From assembly GCF_009914755.1 (NCBI RefSeq), contig NC_060929.1: 64,000 nucleotides of DNA. One strand, 5' to 3'. Source of the DNA: the human T2T-CHM13v2.0 reference genome, Homo sapiens. The position numbers and the translations under genes are program-made. Shown here in pieces: positions 26,001 to 43,901 of the stretch; the first letter of the stretch is position 1; each line of letters begins with the position of its first letter. The notes beneath the pieces were generated by a model. It searched no databases and had not been told where the DNA came from. It worked only from the letters and a program-made list of their open reading frames with translations.

Positions 26001-29000
26001 CTTCCTCAATATTTTGGAATAGTTTCAGTCAAAATAGTACCAGCTAGTCTTTGTACATCTGGCAGAATTTGACTGTGAATCCATCAGGCCCTGGACTTTT
26101 TTTTGGTTGGTAGGCTATTTTTTATTAATTCAATATCAAAATTCATTATTGGTCTATTCAGGAAATCAATTTCTTCCTGGTTCAGTCTTGGGAGTGTGTA
26201 TGTGTCCAGGAATTTATCCTTCTTTTCTAGGTTTTCTAGTTTGTGTGTTTAGAGGTGTTTGTAGTAGTTTCTGATGGTTATTTTTATTTCTATGGGGTCA
26301 GTGGTAATTGTGTTTATTTGGATACTCTCTCTTATTTATTAGTCTAGCTAGTGGCTTATCCACTTTATTAAGTTTTTCAAAAAGCTAACTCCTAAATTTG
26401 TAGATCTTTTCAATGGTTTTTTGGTGTCTCCATTTCCTTCAATTCAGCTCTGATTTTTGTTATTTCTTGTTTTCTTCTAGCTTTGGGTTTGATTTGTTCT
26501 TGTTTCTCTAATTCTTTCAGTTTTGATATTAAGTTGTTAATTTTAGATCTTTCTCACTTTTTATGTGGGCATTTAGTGCTATGAATTTCCCTCTTAACAC
26601 TGCATTAGCTGTGTCCCAGAGATTCTGGTAAGTTGTATCTTTGGTCTCATTAGTTTCAAAGAACATCTTGATTTCTGCCTTAATTTCATTATATATCCCA
26701 AAATGATTCCAGAGCATGTTGTTTAATTTCCTTGCAATTGCATGATTTTGAGTGATTTTCTTATTCTTGACTTCTATTTTTATTGTGCTGTGGTCTAAGA
26801 CTGTTAGGTATGATTTCTATTCTTTTGCATTTGCTGAGGATTGTTTTATGTCCCATAATGTGGTCAATTTTAAAGTATGTTCCATGAACAATGTCTTGAA
26901 ATATGTTTTCCAAGTTGTTTACTTTTTCCCCCTCCCTTCCAAGGATGCCGGTGATTCATAGATTTGACCTATTTACATAATCCCATACTTCTTGGGGGTT
27001 TTGTTTATTCCTTTTAGTTCTTTTTTTCTTTATTTTTGTCTTACTGTGTTATTTCAGAGAACCATTTTTCAAGTTCTGGGATTCTTCCTTCAACTTGGTT
27101 TATTCTGCTGTTAATACTTGTGATTCATGTGAAACTCTTGTATTGTGTTATTCAGCACTGTTAGATCCACTGGGTTCCTTTTCATACTAGCTATTTCATC
27201 CTTCAGCTCCTGTATTGTTTTATTGTGACTTTTAGTTTCCTTGGATTGAGTTTTGCCATTCTCCTGAGTCTCAGGGATCTTCATTTCTATCCATATTCTG
27301 AATTTTATTCCTGTCATTTCAGCAAGCCCAGCCTGGTTAAGAACTCTTGTTGGAGAACTGATGTGGTTGTTTGGAGGACATACAACACTCTGGCTATTTG
27401 AGTTACCAGAGTTTTCACTGGTTGTTTCTCATCTCTGCATGTGGATGTTCTTTTTACTGCAGTGTAGAATGAGTATAGTTACTAGACTTCTTTTCTGGAC
27501 ATTTTCACAGGGCTGATGCTTTGTGCAGGGTCTTTATCTGAAGCTGACTTCTTGTCTCTGGATTCAGATGGGGATATGTTAGTGAGGTATTTTTGGTATT
27601 GAATCTTTGGAGTGTGATCCAGTACATGACACTTAGGCATTTGTTCAGTTATTAGACTCTTGCTCAGTTGTGACTCCCCTATATTTTCTCAGTTGTAGCC
27701 ATGTTCACTCTCAGTGCTCTAAAAATGTGGGTTCTTCTCAAGTGCTGGCTATAGATCGTGACTTGGCACCCCTGGGCTGCCCACTGTAGCTCTGAGGTGG
27801 TTTCAGTGTTTATGTTGCTACCCCAACTTGGAGGCAAGAGTAAGGAACCTTAGTATGGCTGTGACCAAAGATCTTTTGCTTGTCTCCCAAGCGTTCTAAC
27901 CCAGGGAGTCGCAGGTCAGCAATTGCTCAGTGCAATCAGTCCAAGATGGAGAATCTGTGCTGTAGGCCCAAGCTGGGGGCTCCCTGTTTGGTGATAAGCA
28001 GGTGGGGGTAAGTGGGACCCATGGGAAATGAACTGGCCTTCTTTCCTTCTGTTTACTGCAGCTGTTTGTAGGTGTGGGTAAGGCATTTAGGGTATTTCCT
28101 TCTTCATTAGTTCAAGGGTGGCAAGGGCAGTTCCACTACAGAGAAAGTGGCAGAGAGGCTTTCAGTTGTTCCTGGGTTCTGCCCAGTAACTTGCAGAGCT
28201 GCTACTGGCTCATAGCTCTGGCAGGGGGAGGCTGGTGGCCTGGAGGACCTGCCCAATAAGGAGATGTGGGAACAATCACCCATGTAGCAGTCTGACCACT
28301 TTTTCGTAGGGCTTCTGAAGTATTCTGGGGGCCCACTGCAGTCTTTAGTCACCTCAGATTTTCCAATACCTGGAGATATCAACAGTGAAGGCTTCAAAAC
28401 AGCAAATATGGTAGTCTGTCTCTCCCTTTGGGATCTCTATCCCAGGGAGGCATGAACCTATTGTTGGCTCGAATGCACCTATAGGAGGTGGCTGTAAACC
28501 TCAGTTGGGAGGTCCTTTCCAGTGAAAAGGAATGGGATTGAGGGCCTTCTTCAAAAAGTAATAGTAGTCTGACTATGTTTTCATAGAGCAGGTGTGCTGT
28601 GCTAGGGTATCATGTCTCCCCTCAGTTGGCTTGGACTCTCCAAAGCCTGAAGAATGAAATGGCTAAATCACCCAAACAGCAAAGATGGTGGCCTGCCTCT
28701 CTCTCTGGGAGTTTTGTCCCAGAGAGGTTTCAAATCTCTGTTGGCCAGAAAACACCAGTGTGAGTGGCTGGAGACTCCAGTTGAGAGGCTCCACCTAGAG
28801 AGGAGGAATAGGACCAAGGACCTGCTTAAAAAAGCAGTCTGGTCACATTTCTGTAGAGCAGTTGTGCTGTGCTGGGGATCGCTTCAGTCCTCAGTAGGCT
28901 TGGACTTTCCAAACCCGGAAGGCTGGAACAATTAGATCACCCAAACTGCAAAGATGGTGGCCACTCCTTCCCCTGAGAACTCTGTCTCTGGGAGGTGCAA

Positions 29001-29597
29001 CACTGCTACCAGTGACTGGCTGGAATTTCAAGCCAATGGGTCTTATCCAGTGAGGTGCTGTGGAAGCAGGGCCTGTAGACTGTTGCTGCTGAGCTTCCTG
29101 GATTCAGCTGTTTCTTAGGGGTATGTACAGGGGTCTAACTTCCTGCTTTGCCAGGGTTGCAGCTACTTTTTCTGGGAAGCCCAGAAACCCTGGGTATCTA
29201 AGGCTCCCTGCTCTCTATGTGTCTTGGTGGCTGCTCTGCTGAGACTCCATGTAGTTGTGTGTGTCAGACTGAAGGCTCTGGTGGAGTGGGTTCACAAGGG
29301 TATCTCCTGACCGAAGGATTGCAAAGATCCATGGGAGAAGTGTGGATTCCTGGGGTTGTACATTCACTCACTGCTTCCCTGGGTGGCGGAGGTTCCCCTG
29401 GCTCCATGTTACTCCTGGGTGGGCCATCGTCCAGTCTTGTTTTTCTCCGTTCTCCATGGGTCAAGTTGTTTTCTTGATCAGTCTCAAGGCATGATTAGTC
29501 CCAAGGGTGTTTCAGTTGAAGGTGTGTATTCTCTCTTCGTTTCTATTCCTCTCCACGAGAGCTGTGTACACTAGTTGCCTCTAGTCGGCCATCTTCA
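23078..29597 (-). mobile_element. L1PA13/L1PREC2-like element with both ends intact and an internal deletion
   Basis: RT peptides in ORFs 25449-25793 and 25179-25406 (FVDDMILY); ORF1 remnant 27111-27432; 5' end revcomp gaagatggccgactagaggcaactag; TSD catatcagattt (23066-23077) / caaatcagattt (29598-29609). Confidence 0.9.
23104..23470 (-). mobile_element. MSTA-like solo LTR nested in the L1 3'UTR
   Basis: tgtattagtctgttctcacattg ... caaatccaaaccatatca termini; L1 sequence resumes after it (gggtacatgtg). Confidence 0.88.
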
Positions 29598-30169
29598 CAA
29601 ATCAGATTTACCTTTTCACCCAATAAAGCAGACATTGGAAAGTGGGGCTTATATGAATGGGCAAATTGATCCTAGCCCAGAGTCCTAGAATTAGACAGAC
29701 TTCCCAATGCAGTAACAAATATTACTATACCACGTTAGCCTGCTTCTACTTCTAACCCAGTCAGAGCAGGGGCTTTATGTTTAAGCTTACAATTTAGACA
29801 AGCAACTGAGAAGGAGGTAGAACTAGCTAGGCTCAGTTCTTTACTCTTAAAACTCTGAATAATCATAAGAAAGTATAAGAAAGTAGAGTGTCATACTAAA
29901 GAACATACCTTCACATGGAGGGAATATTAGGGGAATAGTGAATAAGTTTCACTTTCATCTCCACTTGCTCACAATTTTAGTTAAGCTCTTTTATTTGCAT
30001 GCCAGCTCTCTGTGTTAAAATCTTACCCATTTATTGACATGAAATACATCTCTTCATTAAAACTTTCACAAACTAAATGTCATATTTTCTGTAATCAGCT
30101 ATGGGACTATTTACCAGTATGTTAAGAGTGCACCACTATGTTCTCACTTCTAACTATTTATCTATCTAA

Positions 30170-30230
30170 TATATGCGTGTATGTATACATATATATTTAT
30201 ACATATATGTGTGTATATATAGAGAGAGAG
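30170..30230. repeat. Compound (TA)/(TG)/(GA) simple repeat
   Basis: Visible alternating dinucleotides. Confidence 0.8.
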
Positions 30231-33049
30231 TGTAAAAGAGGGAGATGTCTAATTTCCCCTAATAAGTGTTGTTAAAACAAAAGCCATATTTTTGTAAATG
30301 AATCACTTTAGTGCTAGTATGAATTAATTTAGTAGTTAGCATTTCCAATTTCAGAAATGATTATTAGCAATCATCACGGGGTTGTATTTTTCACATAATG
30401 TGTATATTATATTATCCTATATACATGCCTTTAGAATTTAATTTTTTTCTAATTGTTTCTACAGAAATTTCTCTCTGTATATCTTAAATATGTTCATTGC
30501 ATGCTTTTACAATACTTGCTATATGGCAGACCTTAGCTATATTCTTTAACCCTCAACACTTATTTTGTGTACTTCAGACAATGCTGTAGAAGTAAAAATG
30601 ATTAATTCTTAATTGCTCTCACTCAAACTGACATATATTCCATAAGTGTTTCTCGTATAGCACTGACGTGCTTCATTTATCAATATGTATGTGTGTGTAT
30701 ACATTTTCAAGAACCCATTTATATATCTTAAATCTTTGTCAAATGAAAATGCACTAAAATATCTTTTTGATATAATTCTTTCTTTGGAATGAAATAATCA
30801 TAATTCAAGTCCCAAATCACTTTTATAGTAAATATTTGATAGTGGATATACTTCAGTGAGTTGTTTGGAACGAAAATATCAATAAACATATATTCTCATT
30901 TAGTGCATGACTACTAAATAAAATTTCTCTATTGATATCAAAATAAATTAGTCTCATATTCAGAGATAAGTAATTATAGTATCTGTAGGTGATGATTTTA
31001 AAGCTAAAATCTTATAATTACAAATTTAGATTGTACTTTAAAATGATGAAATCCTTTTAAAATTGATTTATAAAAAATTATTTTATAATTATGTTCTTTA
31101 AAAATATTCTGGTTATAGTTATTAAAATATTTACCTTTCATCAATTAATATCTATAATAAAAAATAGAAGTGTACATTTTAATATCATTTTTATTGAGTT
31201 CATATTTTTCTTATTCATCTCTTCAACCCCTAACATATATATACCATAAATATTTGCCTTCAGATTTGCATATTAGCCTAGTAAGTTATTTTAGTATAAC
31301 TACTAAATTTATAATGTAAACTATGAAGTACAAAGGAAATTTTAGGATTATAATCTACTTCATATATAAATAAAATATCATTGATTTAAAAAACAAAACT
31401 CAAACAAAATTTAGCTAAATAATAAAAAGTAAAATATAAAATATATAAAGAAAAATATAGTTCTGCAACTGACTTTTTTGTTGAAACTTCAAGCACTGTT
31501 GGATTTTTTTTTGTATTGATAGTAACAGAATAGTTTGCAGGTAAAGATTTCTTCAGATTAATGGGAGAAACTTCCAATCTCTTCCAGTTATTTAATTTAC
31601 TAGTAAATAGTTCCATTATCTAAGATTTATATCAATCCTAAAATCTTGAGTTTTAATTCTGTCAAGTAACTTACTTGCTATCTGAGCTTCTTGAATTCTA
31701 CCTCCTCCAAAGAACGCAAATAAAGATGTTAAAGTCAATGGAATCAGGACTGTATAAAGTATAAACTAACAAATTCAGCTCTATAAAATGTAAAAGATAA
31801 TGATTTAAAACACAGCCTAAAATGTCATGTTAATGAGGACACAACAGGAAAAATAAATTCTTGTTTAGGTGACATGTGTTCATGGAGAAATGTCTTCTAA
31901 ATCGAATCCAACTTTCTAAATATTCAAGCGGAGTGCATGAATCAATGCATTTCTCAACTGAGTAAGACAGTCATTCAGCCATTACTAAGATGTGTGGGAC
32001 CAGAAGCTTATCATTTTTTTCTCTTCTTCTAAGCCATTGTTCATAAAATGAGTAATAATAAATTCTGAGGAGGAGGTAAACACTCAAAAATAGTTTAGCA
32101 ACTGTAATGCTTGTGTCAACTCCTCACTGTCCCAGCTTGACGTATCCCTACATAGAGCTTCTTATATAACTATTGTAGGGGCAAAAAATTCCCTATTAGT
32201 CAAAAACCGATTTTTTTTAGTGCATTAAAATGAATCGCTAAAAGAATAAAATTTTAAAAGATATACAAAATACAAGCCAAAATGTTACCAGTAAATTCAA
32301 AAACTTCCCACCTATTTCCCAATGAATATAATCAGAATAAACATAATATAGGGAAAATGAAAAGATAATTAGAAAAAAGATACATGTTTTTTTATCGAAA
32401 GAGTGCTTGCACGCAGTTGACAAAAAGAATCCCTATCACATCCCAACATATTGTGATTCCACAATTACAAGTAAGCATATCTTCTGAATTAAATAGAAGT
32501 TCCTTTTATAAAACACCTATATTAACACTGATAAAAAGTATGTATCAATATTAAAAAAACTTTAGTGTGACAAATTGCCTGACTTCTTGCTTGTTAATTT
32601 GTCAAGTCTGAGTTTAATTGACAGCGCGATTCTCAGGGATAATGTATATACAACCTGTTAACTTCATAGTAGAGAAGATAATCCTACTAAGTTATGTTGA
32701 TAGAAATAAAACATAGTATAAAGCAATTTTTGCAACTTCAGGATATTCATTTTTTATTTATATTTAAAATGAAGCAAGAGCGATGCTCTTTTTATTATTG
32801 TCTTGGTTATTTATTAAGCATCTTTAAAAAGCAGCTGTACTACTCTTTAAAAAGAGCTGTACTAGAAAAGACAAGTAAAAATTCATACTTTCTGTTTATT
32901 ATACATGTTCATTAGGTCCAAAGAATTTATTCAATATTTTAGAGCAGAAATGTATTTTAGAAATCAATTATTCCAAATCTCTCTCTTTCAGATGAGAAAT
33001 ATCAACTAAGTAGCAGATTAATTATTAAGCACTAAGCATCTGTTGATGA

Positions 33050-33628
33050 TTGCTTTCAAAGACAGCTGTAAGAATTATTCCCATCCTACTTGCCCTTTTG
33101 CAATGGAATTTGTCATTTCTTCGAATAACAGGTGGTATCTATTTTTCCTCTATTGAATCTTGGTTGGTCGTTTGATTTGCTTTTACCAGTAGAATGAGGC
33201 AGAAATTACTTCTGAGAGTAAGTTTTCAGAGGTCTTGTAACTTCCTTTTTCACTCTCTTAGGAAGGCTCAGCTACCATATAAAGCAATCTAGACTGTCAT
33301 GCTGGTGAGGCTAGATGGAAATAAATACCCTGAAGGTTGGTAGAATGCAAAACTACAAGGAGAGAAAAGCTCTGAAGGATAAGAGCCTATGAGGAAAGAG
33401 AGGTTTCAGCACTCCAGCCATCCTAGCTATAGGGTCAGATATATGAAGTAATAATGATACTCCACCCTCAATAGGGAGCAGAGAAAACCCATCCTAATTA
33501 AGCTTCTTCAAATTCCTGATCCATAAGATAAAATAAAATGGCTGTTGTATTAAGCCACTTAGTTTTGGAATGATTTAAGTCACTAAATTTTGGGGGTAGT
33601 TGCTCTTAAGTTATAAATACCTGAATCT
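33050..33628 (+). mobile_element. MLT1G/H-like LTR
   Basis: gcccttttgcaatgg...gatttgcttttaccagtagaatgaggcagaa...caaattcctgatcca...aataaaatggctgttgtattaagccacttagttttgg. Confidence 0.75.
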
Positions 33629-33819
33629 AACGGCGCCAAGGAGGTAAGCAATTCAATGGCAAATAAGAGATAGCGTGTATTTATAAGTACACTGCCAAGA
33701 GATGATTAGTGATAAATTCATATGCAATTAGCTCTAAGAATGTTATAAGCAGCATACTGATGTAAATTCAAAATGTCATTGGAATAGAGGACAGTTAAGT
33801 GAGTAACGCATCAGCAAAC

Positions 33820-36192
<2,373 letters not shown>

Positions 36193-38849
36193 TGAGAACA
36201 TCGTGTTTTGTTTACAGAACTATGTTGTAAAAACTGGATTGAAGGATTCTGTGAAGAATTAATGGGATATGAACTTAAAAAATTAGATAGGAACTAGATC
36301 ATAGAAGATTTTGAAACTATTCCAAATACTTTAAATTTATGTTTTTGTAAAATGGGGTGATACTTCAGAACACCACTGGAAGGGATCATTTGAAATGTAA
36401 ACAATGAAGTCTAGACTCTTCTGAGAAAGAATCAACAAAAGTCAGTTGTTGATTGGATCTACTACAAGAAGAGGATTGATGAAGGAAAAATCAATACACT
36501 CTGCACTACAGATTCTGTATCATTTTGAAACTAATCATAAAACATTCAAGTGCTAGATTTTAATAAAAGCATAAAAATCAATTTAGTTTTAATTTTCCTA
36601 ATGCAAATGTATCTTAACATTCTGAGATTGGAATTACTTATTTGTAAGTCAAAAACTGCAAACTTTCTATTGACATATAAAATTATAGAATGGTCCTTTG
36701 ATATGAAATGAACTGTTTAACAATTTGGTGAGCAAATAAAACTAGAGACAAATTTTAAGCATTTTTTTTTACCATTTCAGATTTATTTGATTTGACCATT
36801 AATCATTCTGTTATTTAAGATTTATGAAATACAACAATATCATTTATATTTTCCTTATACAAAAATAAGTTTTGAGTTAGATATAGAAGAATTATGGGTC
36901 TAATTCCCTTTTTCACAAGTTAATGTACTAAACAATGAATCATTCACAAAGGTGCTGTACTCCCAATATCACATATTTACAGTAGTTTTTGACAATAATA
37001 AATGAAGTTTGCTTTAGGAAGAATGGCATATTGAAATTGCTAAAACTGAATTTTTACTCAATATAAGTTTAATTATAAAAGAGAGCTTCAGTTCCTGGTT
37101 GGGAAAAAAGAAACTACCCATCATATTGCAAATTTTATCAGCTCATAGTTGTATAAAACTAAACTATTTCACCCTGCATAATATAAAAGTTTAAACATAA
37201 CAAAGTTTTTGCAAAACTCTAAAGTATAACATTATTGATAACGAATACATTGAGCTCAACTCATGGCCTTCTCTATGATGAATGATGTGGATTACTAGAA
37301 TATTATTTCTAGGAAAAACCTATTTCACTATCTAATGTACAATACTGATAAAGTGTTATTTTATTCTGTATTATGTTCTTATTCTTGTACTCTCTTTTCA
37401 TATTCATATTTAAACAACTTGTTTTATTATATAAATACATTGCCTTTATTTAAATATTTATATTTATATAATATCCTACTGATCTTAAAGCATGGATTGA
37501 GCATATTTCATTTACCCATTTTAATTTGTCTCTTCAATAACTGAACTATTTTTGTGCCTTCTCACTAAATTAATCTGATTGGCAATAAATTCCTCAAAAT
37601 GTAGTGCTCTTTTAAATAATAGAACACACCAGCTAAAGTCATGTAGTTGTAAGGTATTCTGACAATATGTTTGCAAATAATTATTAAATGTATACCAAAA
37701 CAATAAGTTAAATTCAATAAAGAACAGCAAAGAGAGAAAAACGTTTTAATGATTTAGCTTATATAAAAGATAAAATGTATTATATTTGACTTCTGGTGAA
37801 ATACATTGAATTAGAAATATATTTTTTTCTCTTTCTATCTTGTATTAGCAATAAATTAGACTAAAGCAGTAAACTGTTATTAACCCAATATTCAATATAA
37901 ACTGAGAGGGAAAAGTCCTATAAATGATATCAACAAGTTTAGAGAAGATTGAAAACATCCAAAGAAGCCCTGGAGTTGAGAAAGTTTAATTCCAAATGCT
38001 TGCAAGAGAAAAAAGCAAGTTCTTATAACAGGAAACATGCTGAGAATGCGCAGGAATTAAAAGTATCAAGTGTCTTTGAAAGAGAGGAATGGGGGAATCC
38101 TAAGAAATTGGTTGAAAGTCAAAGGGCAATTAGAACCCCCAATTTTTTCCTACATCTAACACAGTGAGCCAATTCTCTGCACCCCCTTTCTACTGAGAGA
38201 CAGATATTTTACTAAACTATAAATCATTCAGAGTCAGGCAAATCATGAATAAGAGAGGACAGGGAAATACATTTTAGAGAGAACAGATACATTAATTAAA
38301 AGCCAAGTTTCTAAATGAACAGTGGCCAGGCAGCCTTCTCTTGCTGCAAATCTCCAAGAGCACTGGGTATTCTTCAGAGTCCCACATCACCCTCTTCCTC
38401 CCCCTGCCAACACACAGACACACACACACACTCACGTGCAAGTGTGCAGACACACACACAAACATATTTATCATAGAGGAAACTGTGGCTTCTTCTTTTA
38501 AGAATCCAAGCAGGCAAAGACAACATCTATACATTCTAAAATTTGTCCATATTCCAATGAAATAGTGGAACTCCCAACAGCTCACTCCATGAGAAAACCC
38601 ACCACTTAGTAAATCCGGTACAAAGAGATTCCAGTCAATTACTTGGTGTCTCAGTTTTAAATATGATTGGTTGGCTAACAATTACCTGACATTTGAGCAA
38701 AGAATTTAATATGAAAGGTAAACACTTGGGAGAGAGAGAGAGAAAGAAACACAGACGAAGGAAAAACAAGAAATAAAGTATAATAAATATTTTAAAATTA
38801 GAAATGGCATAATCAGATAAGTTGACATTCATCATAAAACCTCAATGGG

Positions 38850-39965
<1,116 letters not shown>

Positions 39966-40374
39966 GGGACAAAGTATTCCGGGAGAGAGAGCTTAAGGGT
40001 GGAGTTGGGGGTGGGGGAAAAAGGGAGGGTGGAGGAGGGTAGATAAAAATTATTACATCTAGAAAAAAAAAATAACAAACTAAAGGAAATGCACTTGTTC
40101 CCCTATTGAAAAATATTTCATTTTAATTTTAAAAATGCTACAATTATGCACTACTAGAAGGTAAGAAATTGGAAAGGCAGTAATAGAGATAGAGATCAAG
40201 AGTTAAAAAGAAGGAGCAGAGCAGAATGCTGTATATGTGTTCTTAATTGTAAGCCTTCTTGTCACTGGGGCATTTACCGATCAATATGAAATATATAAAT
40301 AATAATTTCCATTGATAAAAAAATAAGTAGTTTGAACAACTCTGTTAATTGGAGTATAACTGAAAATCTGTAAT

Positions 40375-40693
40375 TTTTAACAGACTTTATATTTTTGGAA
40401 TAGTTTTAATTTCACAGTAAAGTTAAGCAGAAAGCATGTGAACTTTCCCATATACACCCTGTGCCCCCACATGCAGATTATCCATTATCAACATTTCAGA
40501 CCAGAGAGGCATATTTGTTACAACTGATGAACTGACACTGACATTATTATCACCCAAAGTCCATAATTTACATTAGAATTCACTCCTGGTATTGTACATT
40601 CTATGAGTTTTAACACATATAAAATGGCATGTATCCCTGTAGTAATATTCATAATAGTTTCATTGTTCTAACAAAACCTCTGTGCTGTCCCTA
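40375..40693 (-). mobile_element. L1MC1-like 3' end fragment
   Basis: agactttatatttttggaatagtttt...catatttgttacaactgatgaac...cacccaaagtccataatttacattag. Confidence 0.8.
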
Positions 40694-41049
40694 AAAAATT
40701 ATTTTAAACAATCTAATTGAAGATATTAGATAATGAAAAATTATAGTGCCAATAAGTATGAAAAGAGAGACACCAGAAAAGTGAATACAGCTTTTGTGGC
40801 TGCCTTACCTCTAAGAATGTGTTTCATTCCAGAAGAGGCAGCTAAGATGATGAAATGTTAGGCAGCGCTTTCTAAAGCCCCCAAGACATCAAGTCATAAA
40901 GAATTAGTCTAGGGTCAACCAAGTAAAGAATAAGGATAGGTGCAAACTCAGGGAATATGAGTGAGTCTAAAGTATATTGCCCCTCATAAGAACTATATAT
41001 AGACATTAGATTATCTCTACCCAGTTTCCCATCTATCACAATTTTTATT

Positions 41050-41260
41050 TTGCCTGTCTAAATTCTTTAGACTTTTTTTGAAACAATTCTCCTGACCATA
41101 AATTTTCTCAGTTTTTTATATATTTGAAAATATTTTTATTTTATTTTTGAAAAAGTATTTTCACTAATCATATATAGTTTGATTTCTTTGACTAGCACTT
41201 AAAATTTTTATTTTCATTGCCTTTTGGCCTGCATAATTTCTGATCTAAGACATGATCTTC
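41050..41260 (-). mobile_element. Old L1M ORF1 fragment
   Basis: tttgaaaaagtattttcact...agcacttaaaa...ttcattgccttttggcctgcataatttctgat. Confidence 0.5.
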
Positions 41261-42110
41261 TTGACGACTGTAGCTAATGCCCCACATACGGTGAAATCTC
41301 TTCATCTGGTAAGAAAGCAACTTATTTCCAGCCTGTATGAACTCTGAAAATTGTTCTGCCTATATATTTTTGCCATTGCCAAGATTTCTGTCTCTGTAAA
41401 TCATGTAAAAACTGTATTATAATATTTGATTCCAATTATACAAAAGCATGGCATTTGACCCACTTCTTTCTTTGAAAATTATTTTATTCTCTACTTCCTT
41501 CTTCATATTTTCTTCTCTGTGTCTATGATGCTCTCTGGGTACTTCTCTCTCTTTCTCTTCTTATCTCCCTGTATCCTTTTCTCTCTGTCTCCCTGTCTCC
41601 GAACAAATATTTTCTTGACAAGCCTCTTTATCCCTGCTGGGTAAGTTACCCATCACCCTTTTGTCTAGGAAAAAGAAAGACTGACAGGGCTATCTGTGTA
41701 GTGGACACTCTTTGTTTTGTCTGTTTAGTCACAATTAATCATCAGTATTTTTCTGTAGACAAGTTGTATGTACAGAAGAAAAGCTTTAAGAGAGTGATTC
41801 ATAGCTAGAGTGTCTTAAGATATTGATACACTTAAGATCAGTAAAAGTGAAAATGATACCATTGGCCAACTGCTAAGAATTGTGCATAACCAGTAGCCCA
41901 TGTTATCTTGCAGAAGCATTTGTTAAGTCTTACACAAAAAATGCTAAATACTAGAAGACAGAAAACTGAAAAATCATAGAATTCAAAAATATTTTTTAAA
42001 GTAAAAGAAACACATTGTTTATGCATACATTATGTTATCACATGTTCAATGTGGTATCAAGCAAAAAAGGGAGGGAGCTGCTATTCTAGAGAACAGTTGA
42101 AAATACCTCT

Positions 42111-42459
42111 TGTTATAAACTGAATGTTTGTGTTCTTCCACCAAAAAAAAATCATATGCTGGAATCCTAACCCCCAGTGTGATGGTATTTGGAGGTGAGG
42201 TCTTTGGAGATAATGAGGTCATAAGGGTAAAGCCCTTATCCTTGAGATTAGTGCTTTTATAAGAAGACACATGAAAGCTTGCCCTTCTGTTCTCCCCCAT
42301 GTGAAAGGTACATTCTGCCAACAAAGGACAAGACTTTTACCCAACACATATCCATCAGTACCTTGAACTCGGATTTTCCAGCCTCCAGAACTGTGAGGAA
42401 TAAAGATATGTTGTTTAAGGCACCACGTCTAAGGTAATTTTTTGTATCAGCCTAAGATA
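42111..42459 (+). mobile_element. MLT1A0-like solo LTR
   Basis: tgttataaactgaatgtttgtgt...gaatcctaacccccagtgtgatggtatttggaggtgagg...ccagcctccagaactgtgaggaataaa...ctaagata. Confidence 0.85.
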
Positions 42460-43551
42460 TTACTCAACATGGGCAGGAGTAACATATTCTCTGGCTTTTC
42501 CTAATCAGGAGTGACAATGAGGAACAAAACAACAGGAAATCAGTTGTTTGGCGATAAAATTAGTATCTGTTCATCTAGTAAAATTGACTATAGGGAGATC
42601 AAGGATGGATATTTTCTGCTCTTCAGAAAAAAAAAAATGGAGAATATTCCAAACCTAAGAGATACTAACTTATAATATTACAAAAAATAGATACTTTGAA
42701 TTTTTAAATATTTTCTCTTACCACATATGGTTAACGTTAGTATTGGAGTTTGTAAACAGCCATTAGAACATTTACTAATAAAACATGAATTTCTTCTTTC
42801 CTTTTTTGTAATAAACAAAAATGTAAGGCATAAAAATCTTACAGAACAAAACTAATGTATACCATTGCATTTAAGAATATTTTTCATGATTTGTAAACTA
42901 AATGTCATAGAAACTTACCTCTGAATACAGATCTGAATACAGAGTAGGCAGACCAGGATTTCAGACTATTTTTTCTATTAAAATGTTCACATTTGATTCT
43001 GTTCTACCTACAAATTTAGGTTTTTCAAACACAAAAACCTAGGTGGCAATTTTAATATTCTGTAGTTAGATCAATCATGAAAGTCTTATGATATTTGGTT
43101 CTGTATTATAAGAAATAAACATAATTAAAGGAAATTGCCTAGCACTAATACCAGTTCAGTTTTCTCTGAGTTTCTCTTGATCTTATGTGACTCATTTGGT
43201 TGATTTTGATTTCCAGAGTAACGAAATTCAGAAGAAGCAATCAGGGACTGTGTGCACCAACATTTCACTATGAATTAGACCTAGATCCTGCTAAATGTTC
43301 ACTATTTCTGTCTAACATCGTCCAGCTTACACAGAAAGTCAGACATTATACCAAATCTGAGTTTTCAACAAACAGAGTGAAATGTAGAATGACATGGCAC
43401 CTAACAGAGTCAGCTGTGATTCAAGATAACTGATGTACAAGGGCAAACTTATCAACTTGCTGAAATTGAACTGGGCTAAATCACTTTGCTCTCTCTGAAG
43501 CAGCCAAACTAGCAAGGAGGCTATAATTTAGTGTCCCGAACATGGACATAA

Positions 43552-43901
<350 letters not shown>

